Part shown: positions 31,189-38,349 of the stretch, piece after piece | Layout of the letters: every line of letters begins with the position of its first letter | How positions within the stretch are numbered: position 1 is the stretch's first letter | Assembly (NCBI GenBank): GCA_965217895.1 | Contig: CBDCJV010000002.1 | Span: 3,488,001-3,552,000, forward strand | Length of the DNA: 64,000 nt | Direction: 5' to 3' | DNA from: Waterburya sp. | Lineage (GTDB): Bacteria; Cyanobacteriota; Cyanobacteriia; Cyanobacteriales; Xenococcaceae | The notes under the pieces: model-generated | Databases searched by the model: none | What the model was told of the DNA's origin: nothing | Seen by the model: the letters and a program-made list of their open reading frames with translations, nothing else | Position numbers and translations under genes: made by a program

Positions 31189-31730
31189 TTACCATTTTGA
31201 GAGGTTATCTGGATGCAACTGATCTATTGACCAGGATCGGGGATTGTTGATGATGTATTGGCGAATTTTATCCATTGCGTCCTGGTTACGGATAATGTGT
31301 TCGTAATAATTACGTTGCCATAACGTCGTTCCTGGTGCATCACGTAAGATATCGATTTTTTTGGTGGAAACGGTTTTGAATGCACCGATTAAACCTCCCA
31401 ATGGTTTACGTTGTTTATTGATTACATTGGCGTTATGCCGTTTATTTGTCGTAGGGGTTCGTCGGTAATAACCATGATTGCATGGAAATGATTCGGCATC
31501 ACAATCCATTCATCGGTGTACAAATACGGATAACGTTGACACAACCATTGCCATTCATCGGCAACGATCGCACCATATTGATTCAAAACCATTTGCCCAT
31601 CAACCACATCACCAAATAAACATTGTCGTTGATACGCACATATTGTCACAAAATACGCCCCCGATTGGCTATAATCATATCCTGGTAATCGGATTGACCG
31701 CCTGTGGTGTTTGTCGAGGTCATATTTCAT
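31189..31730 (-). pseudogene. REP-associated tyrosine transposase (RAYT), frameshifted
   Basis: HHRRSIRLPGYDYS, MPNHFH, then a frameshift near 31455 before KPLGGLIGAFK...WQRNYYEHIIR...YIINNP. Confidence 0.88.
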
Positions 31731-31917
31731 TAATTTAATCTCCATGCTTAACCCAATCCGTCATATTGACGAACTCTTCTTTTCAGATGTTCTCTTAGAG
31801 ACAAAAGCGATCGCAGAAAATAGATTCACATCAATATGACAATTTATCGCTGCAAATCAATTTAGAAAAATCAACTTTCCTCTGGCAATTTGACACTAAT
31901 ACTTTATCGCTTCGCTC

Positions 31918-32289
31918 TTATAATTTTATTAATCCAAAACTAATTTGAATTGCTCGTTCGACTTGTTTCATTGATGTCAAAGTAAGTTTACCTAACCGTT
32001 TAATAAGTCGTTTTTTATCTATAGAGCGAATTTGATTGAGCAATACTACAGAATTATTACTAAGTCCGCCTTCGGGAGGTTCAATGAAAACTTCAGTAGG
32101 ATAGAGATTGTCATCATACTGAGAAGTAATAGCTGCAACAATTGTAATAGGGCTAAATTCATTGCCGATGTCGTTTTGGAGAATTAAAGCAGGACAAGTT
32201 TTTTTTATTTCTGAACCAATAGTAGGATCGAAATTAACTAAATACACTTCACCACGTTTCGGTAACATTATTTTTGGTTTTCGAGCCAT
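31918..32289 (-). CDS. PemK/MazF family toxin
   Basis: RGEVYLVNFDPTIGSEIKKTCPALILQND, QIRSIDKKRL; the usual KTRP Arg is Cys here. Confidence 0.9.
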   Translation of the reverse strand: MARKPKIMLPKRGEVYLVNFDPTIGSEIKKTCPALILQNDIGNEFSPITIVAAITSQYDDNLYPTEVFIEPPEGGLSNNSVVLLNQIRSIDKKRLIKRLGKLTLTSMKQVERAIQISFGLIKL

Positions 32290-32513
32290 ACCTCTTCTTC
32301 GAGATCGAACCAAGTTTCAGCCAGATTTAAGTCTCTTTGCGATCTTTCAATAGCTCCCTGTCTTAACTGTTCTCTTAGTTTTTTCTTTTCAACTTCAGTA
32401 ATATAATATTTGACTGCATCGTTGATAAAACGACTGCGATCGCCTTTGGGAACTATGTGATTAAGTAATTCAATAGTTTCGTTTGGCAAAGTGATATTAA
32501 TGCGACGATTCAT
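32268..32513 (-). CDS. Ribbon-helix-helix antitoxin paired with the MazF toxin
   Basis: RRINITLP...RSRFINDAV; overlaps the toxin start. Confidence 0.85.
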   Translation of the reverse strand: MNRRINITLPNETIELLNHIVPKGDRSRFINDAVKYYITEVEKKKLREQLRQGAIERSQRDLNLAETWFDLEEEVWLENQK

Positions 32514-32611
32514 TTTCCATCTTGTTTCAATAAGTATTTTTAATACACATTATTAGTGTGTAGATTTAATATAGCAAAAATATTACAGCTTAGAATGACT
32601 TCAATGTGATG

Positions 32612-32718
32612 GTGCGATGTGTTGATAATTAACAACATTGGCGTTGTGCCGATCATTAATCGTAGGGGCGATCGCGCGTTGCGAAGCTATGCCGTAGGCT
32701 TATCGCCCTGACAGGGTT
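32612..32718 (+). repeat. Left direct repeat flanking the RAYT; its REP carries a small insert at a HIP1 site
   Basis: gtgcgatgtgttgataattaacaacattggc...gtaggggcga matches 33314-33398; insert gcgaagctatgccgtaggcttatcgc. Confidence 0.8.
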
Positions 32719-32722
32719 TTAC

Positions 32723-33277
32723 TTACCATTTTGATGGGTTATTTGGATGCAATTGATCTATTGACCAGGATTGGGGATTATTGATGATGTATTGGCGTAT
32801 TTTATTCATTGCGTCCTGGTTACGGATAATGTGTTCGTAATAATTGCGTTGCCATAACGTTGTTCCTGGCGCGTCACGTAATATATTGATTTTTTTGGTG
32901 GTGATTGATTTGAAACCTGCCATTAATGATGATAATGATTTTGGTTTCATTTGTGATGGCGAAATATCCCGTAGGGGCGAACGGCCGTTCGCCCCTACAT
33001 GGTTGTCGTTGGTAATCATTACAATTCCGTGAAAATGGTTGGGCATCATCACCCATCGATCCAATTCAATTTCCCGTCGAATTACGGATGATTTTTGCCA
33101 TTCATCGGCGACAATTGCACCATATTGATTCAAAACCATTTGCCCATCAACCACATCACCAAACAAACATTGTCGTCGATACGCGCAAATGGTCACAAAA
33201 TACGCCCCTGATTGGCTGTAATCATATCCTGGTAATCGGATCGATCGCCTGTGGTGTTTGTCGGGATCATATTTCAT
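32723..33277 (-). CDS. REP-associated tyrosine transposase (RAYT/TnpA-REP, HUH family), intact
   Basis: RRSIRL, YFVTIC, MPNHFH (HUH), WQRNYYEHIIR, YIINNP; in-frame REP at 32971-32998. Confidence 0.92.
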   Translation of the reverse strand: MKYDPDKHHRRSIRLPGYDYSQSGAYFVTICAYRRQCLFGDVVDGQMVLNQYGAIVADEWQKSSVIRREIELDRWVMMPNHFHGIVMITNDNHVGANGRSPLRDISPSQMKPKSLSSLMAGFKSITTKKINILRDAPGTTLWQRNYYEHIIRNQDAMNKIRQYIINNPQSWSIDQLHPNNPSKW

Positions 33278-33313
33278 GGATTTTAATTATGGTTGGGTTG
33301 ATTAATTGCGATC

Positions 33314-33467
33314 GTGCGATGTGTTGATAATTAACAACATTGGCATTGTGTCGATCATTTATCGTAGGGGCGAACGGCCGTTCGCCCCTACAGGGTTTGA
33401 CGGTATTCGTACAAGATTGATCGCCATTCATCGTAATGATGGGAACACGATTGGTAATGGCGATCGC
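33314..33467 (+). repeat. Right direct repeat flanking the RAYT, with REP (33364-33391) and tail to HIP1 (33460)
   Basis: Matches 32612-32718 and 29761-29867. Confidence 0.82.
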
Positions 33468-33489
33468 TTAATTATTTAATTATTTCAAT

Positions 33490-34278
33490 TTAAGATTTGC
33501 TTGTCTTGGGCGGGATAGCTTCAACTCTGCCATCAGGATAAACCTTTAATTCACCACCAAGTTTTTCAATATTTTCCTGTGCTGCTTCACGGGTCATTTT
33601 TTCTTTGCTGTTTACCCAAACTTGAAACCAAATGCCTACTTGAGCTTGGGTTGTATCAGGATTTGTAGCTAAAAATTTGACTGTCTTACTGGCTGATTGA
33701 GCTATTTTCTTATCTTTTGCAATGGTTGCCCATTCTGCGGCTTTTTCGTAGGATTTTCTAGCATTTTTTAAGTCTCCAAAAAACAAAATTTCGTCTGTTC
33801 CTTTATATAGCCAAACAAAATAGGCATAGGGCATATCAGGGGTAAGATGTTTAAGTCCTCGATCCATTAGTTCTAAGGTGCGTTTTGGAGTGCCACCAAA
33901 TACAGAAGATGCAGGAGAAATAATCATATAAGCAGTGCTAAATCGTGGGTCTTTATTGGTAATAACTTCTAGATAATCTGCACTCAAGGAATAACCCGTT
34001 TCTTTTCTAGCTTCTCCATCACCAAAATATTGCATAAACTCTAGCATTGACCAATCTGCAATCAGATTATCAAAGCCAAAGGCTGGCATTTTTTTGAGAA
34101 AAGATAATTGTATATTTTTACTTTTATCTTGTTTTAAATAAATATCTTTTGTTAAAGTTTTTTCTGATATTCTTTCAATTTGAGCAGACTGCAATTTAAT
34201 AGTTAAAAATAAACAGGATGATCCTAAACATAATGCTAAAAATTGCTTGATAAACCGAGATGATAACTTTCTGGTCAT
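33490..34278 (-). CDS. Pilin-locus membrane-anchored protein (Sll1696-like)
   Basis: N-terminal TM; FGFDNLIADW...QYFGD; helical repeats; directly downstream of two pilins. Confidence 0.65.
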   Translation of the reverse strand: MTRKLSSRFIKQFLALCLGSSCLFLTIKLQSAQIERISEKTLTKDIYLKQDKSKNIQLSFLKKMPAFGFDNLIADWSMLEFMQYFGDGEARKETGYSLSADYLEVITNKDPRFSTAYMIISPASSVFGGTPKRTLELMDRGLKHLTPDMPYAYFVWLYKGTDEILFFGDLKNARKSYEKAAEWATIAKDKKIAQSASKTVKFLATNPDTTQAQVGIWFQVWVNSKEKMTREAAQENIEKLGGELKVYPDGRVEAIPPKTSKS

Positions 34279-34318
34279 AGTCTTTAATAATAAGCAAAAT
34301 TATGAATAAATAATTTAA

Positions 34319-34834
34319 TCAAAAAACAGGAGTGGTTCCAGCAGTGCAAGCAGGAACACCCGCAGTAACGGTTGCAGGAATCGGCGCGATTGCACCATCA
34401 GCCGTGTTTTGCTCGCAGATAAATGCTTTGAAAACACCTGAAGAAGTTTGACCAACAGCAGAAGAATAATCCTTGAGGTCATTTTGAAAGGTATCTACTA
34501 CGGTTGCTATCTGAACCGCTCTTTCGGAATTAGGAGTTCCGCTATCAGCATAAGTATAATAATTACCTGCAATGCTCAACTGTAGATTAGGAATAGTAGT
34601 AAATGAGCCTGTTTGAAAACGATGAGCTTGCTGCGCTCTATTAATATTACCAAGAAAAACTTTTGCTTCTGTTTGTCTACCTTTTTCTATTTGCTTAAAA
34701 AGACTTGGCATAGCAACTGCTGATAAAATACCCAGAATTATTACTACTACTAATAATTCAATTAAGGTAAAGCCTTGGTTATTTATCTTCTTGGTTTTTC
34801 TAGACAAAATTAAGTCTAATTTATATTTAATCAT
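34319..34834 (-). CDS. Type IV pilin (PilA2-like)
   Basis: QGFTLIELLVVVIILGIL prepilin motif; C-terminal Cys pair. Confidence 0.9.
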   Translation of the reverse strand: MIKYKLDLILSRKTKKINNQGFTLIELLVVVIILGILSAVAMPSLFKQIEKGRQTEAKVFLGNINRAQQAHRFQTGSFTTIPNLQLSIAGNYYTYADSGTPNSERAVQIATVVDTFQNDLKDYSSAVGQTSSGVFKAFICEQNTADGAIAPIPATVTAGVPACTAGTTPVF

Positions 34835-34847
34835 AATAAAAAATATC

Positions 34848-34885
34848 AAAAAAAAAGAGCATTTTAGCTAAACTTAAAATGCTCT
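34848..34885 (-). terminator. Terminator/attenuator between the two pilin genes
   Basis: agagcatttta / taaaatgctct stem, followed by a T run on the minus strand. Confidence 0.75.
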
Positions 34886-34916
34886 AGATATATACTTTGA
34901 ACAGTAACAGTTAAAC

Positions 34917-35468
34917 TTACTGTTTTATAGCAGTAGATCCTGTACCACAAGTGATAGTACCAAGAGTAGCGCCTTCAACGGCATCAACGGCAGTAGTAGC
35001 TCCGTCAACTACACTGTTTTCGCAGATTAGGGCAGTGAAAGCACCAGCAACAGTTTGACCCACTGCTCCAGTGTAATCCTTAACATCAGCTTGGTAAGCG
35101 GTTCTTGCGGTAGCGTCTACAGCAGCAAATGTACCAGATGGAGTACCTTGGTTAGTAAATGCATAATTATTACCAGTACCAGGAGTAGTACCAGCATCAA
35201 GAACTATACCAATTGGTAAAGCTTCAATAGCAGAGAACGTACCATTTTGTAGTCTTTCAGCCTGTTGTGAACGATTGATAGAACCGACAGTTGTTTTTGC
35301 TTCTGACTGTCTTGCTTTACCAACTTGACCAAGTAAGTTAGGTAGAGCAATGGCAGCCAATACACCGATAATGATTACAACAACTAATAGTTCGATTAAT
35401 GTAAAACCTTTGTTGCCTTTTTTGTTATTTAGGTTTTGTAGTAATTTAGCAGTAAATACGTTATTCAT
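34917..35468 (-). CDS. pilA: Major type IV pilin (PilA1-like)
   Basis: KGFTLIELLVVVIIIGVLAAIALPNLLGQVGKARQSEAK; Cys pair; likely ATG 35468. Confidence 0.9.
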   Translation of the reverse strand: MNNVFTAKLLQNLNNKKGNKGFTLIELLVVVIIIGVLAAIALPNLLGQVGKARQSEAKTTVGSINRSQQAERLQNGTFSAIEALPIGIVLDAGTTPGTGNNYAFTNQGTPSGTFAAVDATARTAYQADVKDYTGAVGQTVAGAFTALICENSVVDGATTAVDAVEGATLGTITCGTGSTAIKQ

Positions 35469-35540
35469 GGTTATATCCTTCAATTAATAAGAGTTTGTGT
35501 TTTGGGTGTTTGTTTTAGGTTTTTCTTTCCTATTTAGAAA

Positions 35541-35546
35541 TTACCC
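35541..35546 (-). promoter_or_regulatory. Putative SigF-type promoter element GGGTAA upstream of pilA
   Basis: ttaccc on + about 75 nt upstream of the ATG; cyanobacterial pilA1 promoters are SigF-dependent with a GGGTAA element. Confidence 0.55.
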
Positions 35547-35696
35547 AAGCGATCATCAAAACATATCATCATGAAAAAGTTTTTTTTGGGAATATTTGCT
35601 AGTAATAACTAATAGTATTAACAGCGATCCAAATCACATTTTTGGTGTTGATTTGAAGAAGATTAAATTAATGGTTTTGTTTGCCCCGTTGTTTTT

Positions 35697-35998
35697 TATT
35701 TTCGGGTAATACCGATATTCCCCGTAGGGGCGAACGGCCGTTCGCCCCTACATCAATGTGCGGTGGTGCGATGTTGACATATGTAGAGAATTGGGGAAAG
35801 GCGATCGCCTGAACGTATGCAGGGTTGGTTAAAGGCGATCGCATTTGTAATGTAGAATATTTTGGGATATGCGATCGCATTTGTGGATCATTTCAATTTT
35901 CGGGTAATACCGATAAACCTCGTAGGGGCGAATGGCCATTCGCCCCTACATATGGTGCGATCGCCTGAACGTATGAAGGGTTGGGGAAAGGCGATCGC
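35697..35998 (+). repeat. Array A: HIP1-bounded ~34-bp modules plus two REP palindromes (35724, 35922)
   Basis: GCGATCGC at 35801, 35835, 35871, 35957, 35991. Confidence 0.88.
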
Positions 35999-36059
35999 TC
36001 TTTTATTTTAACTGTGTTAAATTTAAAATAGAATAATGTAGTCTACAAGCTACAAATAA

Positions 36060-36404
36060 ATGGAAGCTCAAGAAAAAACTATACTTACCTATGTAAAAGA
36101 CAACGGTTTTGTACCCTTCAACGATTGGCTTGAATCTTTGCGAGATAGAAAATCAAGAGCAATAATCAGAACTAGAATCAACCGCCTTCGGCTGGGTAAT
36201 TTGGGAGACTGTAAGAGTGTCGATGGAGGAGTAAGCGAACTAAGAATTAATTTTGGTTCTGGCTATCGAATTTATTTTGTTCAGCAAGGAAACACAGTAA
36301 TAATTTTGCTATCAGGTGGAGATAAAAGCAGTCAGGACAAAGATATTAAACAGGCAAAACTATATTGGCAAGATTATAAGAGGCGTGGTGATGAACAGAA
36401 GTAG
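36060..36404 (+). CDS. RelE/ParE-superfamily addiction module killer protein
   Basis: FNDWLESLRD, GNLGDCKSV, GVSELRI.FGSGYRIYF, LLSGGDKSSQ.KDI. Confidence 0.9.
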   Translation: MEAQEKTILTYVKDNGFVPFNDWLESLRDRKSRAIIRTRINRLRLGNLGDCKSVDGGVSELRINFGSGYRIYFVQQGNTVIILLSGGDKSSQDKDIKQAKLYWQDYKRRGDEQK

Positions 36405-36690
36405 AAGCTATCGAGAAGATTTGCTAAAATCTTTGAGCGATCCTGAAGAAGCCAGGGAATATCTTAATGCTGCTTTGGAAGATGAAAATCCCGAAGTATT
36501 TTTATTGGCACTAAAAGATATAGTTGATGCTAACAGCAGCATGAGTAAATTAGCACAGGCAACTAATCGCAATCGAGAAAGTTTGTATAAAACTCTCTCG
36601 GAAAAAGGCAATCCGCAGTTAAATAGTATTCGCAGTATTTTAAACAATTTGGGGTTTAAATTAGCGGTAGAAGTTAATTCTTCTCCCTAA
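36391..36690 (+). CDS. Addiction module antidote protein (HTH)
   Basis: EYLNAALE, RESLYKTLSEKGNP; ATG 36391 overlaps the toxin end. Confidence 0.88.
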   Translation: MNRSRSYREDLLKSLSDPEEAREYLNAALEDENPEVFLLALKDIVDANSSMSKLAQATNRNRESLYKTLSEKGNPQLNSIRSILNNLGFKLAVEVNSSP

Positions 36691-36737
36691 AATTGTTTAC
36701 ATCAAGGATTTATTTATATAGGGCGATCTCTGTCAAA

Positions 36738-37067
36738 TCATAATCCCAACCAGCTTCGTAAGGAACTTTCTAGTTTTTGAGCATCGGCTTTTGAAAGTTT
36801 ACCAATGACTTTTATCACTAGCTTTTTTTCGACTGTATATAAACCTCTTTTTGCTGCGGTAGGAACATTTAATCCTTCTTTTAACCAATCGAGAAGAACA
36901 AACTCGCCTGACAATAACCGAGTAGTTTTACTAGTTAAGGGTACGATAATAACATCTTGAGAAGTAGATGCTGTACTAACAATAACAGCAGGTCTTACCT
37001 TAGAATTAGATAAATCAGAAAAAGGATAACGGACTAGAATAATATCATTCTTCAAGTAATTTGGCAT
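36738..37067 (-). CDS. PemK/MazF family toxin
   Basis: IILVRYPFSDLSNSKVRPAVIVS, IIVPLTS. Confidence 0.88.
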   Translation of the reverse strand: MPNYLKNDIILVRYPFSDLSNSKVRPAVIVSTASTSQDVIIVPLTSKTTRLLSGEFVLLDWLKEGLNVPTAAKRGLYTVEKKLVIKVIGKLSKADAQKLESSLRSWLGL

Positions 37068-37248
37068 AAACATCATCCTCTGTGTTGTCCCAAACTTTGT
37101 CTAATGATGCTTTGCTAGATTGATTCCAAAACTCAATTTCTTCATCTGGTAGTACTGTAATTAGAACTCTCGTACCTTCTGAAAGTTCAAGCTGTTCTGG
37201 TATTTCAATTTTTCCTTGATGGACAGTAGCTAACACTGTTTTTAACAT
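37045..37248 (-). CDS. Putative antitoxin
   Basis: 67 aa, GKIEIPE...GTRVLITVL, WDNTEDDVY; overlaps the toxin start. Confidence 0.75.
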   Translation of the reverse strand: MLKTVLATVHQGKIEIPEQLELSEGTRVLITVLPDEEIEFWNQSSKASLDKVWDNTEDDVYAKLLEE

Positions 37249-37310
37249 AGGAATTTTATGGTGTGTAGATATATTTTAATTTAGCTTGTTGCAGTATAAA
37301 TTTGAGAAAT

Positions 37311-37540
37311 GCGATCGCATTTGTATGTAGAAGATTTTGGGATATGCGATCGTGATTGCGTATAAAGGGTTTAAAAAAGGCGATCGCCCTTTCTGGTAGA
37401 AAATTAATTAAAGGCGATCGCCTTGGGGATTATTTCAATTTCCTGGTAATACCGATAAACCTCGTAGGGGCGAACGGCCGTTCGCCCTTACATATGGTGC
37501 GATCGCCTGAACGTATAAAGGGTTGGGATAAGGCGATCGC
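37311..37540 (+). repeat. Array B: HIP1-bounded ~34-bp modules plus a REP (37464-37491)
   Basis: HIP1 or a variant at 37311, 37346, 37380, 37414, 37499, 37533; modules shared with array A. Confidence 0.88.
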
Positions 37541-37549
37541 ACAAATTAC

Positions 37550-37927
37550 CTACCAATTAATGACTGTTAGATCGTTAACCTTGTCTAATTGAACATCGCG
37601 AGTAACTAGCTTCGCTGATTTTTCTCTTGCCGTTGCAGCGATAACTGCATCTGGTAATTTTAAGCGGTATTGTTGACGAATAAAAATAATTTGCCCAATT
37701 AGCCATTCATCTTGACTAGATAAACTAATAACTTCTACTCGTTGTAAAAACTGTTGAAAAAGCAATATATCCGCTTCAGTTAAGCCTGAGAAAGCAAGAA
37801 ACTCGATTTGACTAATTACAGAAATTCCGACCCATTCTGCATCTTTGAGTAATTGAACCAGGCTGGAGTCTTTTTGCAGCAGCGCAATGATAGCATTGGT
37901 ATCTAACAAATAGCGATTACCATTCAT
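37550..37927 (-). CDS. PIN-domain (VapC-like) toxin
   Basis: LLDTNAII, SVISQIE, LKLPDAVIAATA, LVTRD. Confidence 0.92.
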   Translation of the reverse strand: MNGNRYLLDTNAIIALLQKDSSLVQLLKDAEWVGISVISQIEFLAFSGLTEADILLFQQFLQRVEVISLSSQDEWLIGQIIFIRQQYRLKLPDAVIAATAREKSAKLVTRDVQLDKVNDLTVINW

Positions 37928-38141
37928 CTCTTAATTTTCTTTGTGTTGCCACAGCATCACCTTGCCAGTTGAGTTCTCCTCCCAAATCTGAAAAATCATA
38001 GGTAGCTTGTTTTTGATCCTTCTCTACAACACGATTAACGACTACTACTAAATCCACTTTGCCAGCTTTTAGATTAGTTGGCAGATTAATATTCAACTGT
38101 CCTGTGTCATCAATCTCAGTTGTGAGTTTTAGAACTTCCAT
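37917..38141 (-). CDS. Putative antitoxin
   Basis: 74 aa ending QRKLRDEW; overlaps the PIN start. Confidence 0.78.
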   Translation of the reverse strand: MEVLKLTTEIDDTGQLNINLPTNLKAGKVDLVVVVNRVVEKDQKQATYDFSDLGGELNWQGDAVATQRKLRDEW

Positions 38142-38349
38142 TGTTTTCTATATTTTAGTAAAAGCTTTACTCTATGGTAGCAATTTGACAATTCAAGAAG
38201 GCGATCGCACTTTGAAAGTCAAAAGTTTTAAAGGCTTAAGCTGCATGGAGTAAAAAAGAATTATGGTTTAAGGCTTTGGGATAACAACTTTATTAAAAAT
38301 CTCGCTAGGATGAAAGCAGATCATCAGGCTCTAAGGCAGAGGAAAAGCA

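Noticed and set aside
35668..35880. 70-aa ORF (also 37356..37592, 29638..29850, 29736..29933)
   Set aside because: These are translations of REP/HIP1 repeats (VGANGRSPL, AIA, RSP) or overlap pseudogene remnants.
35768..37540. Periodic HIP1 arrays as a CRISPR array
   Set aside because: The constant part is only 8 bp, the intervening units themselves repeat, and there are no cas genes in the window.
28952..38208. Classical integron
   Set aside because: No IntI and no recognisable attC (RYYYAAC...GTTRRRY) structures; cassettes lie in both orientations; the two recombinase-like genes in the window look catalytically degenerate and are distant.
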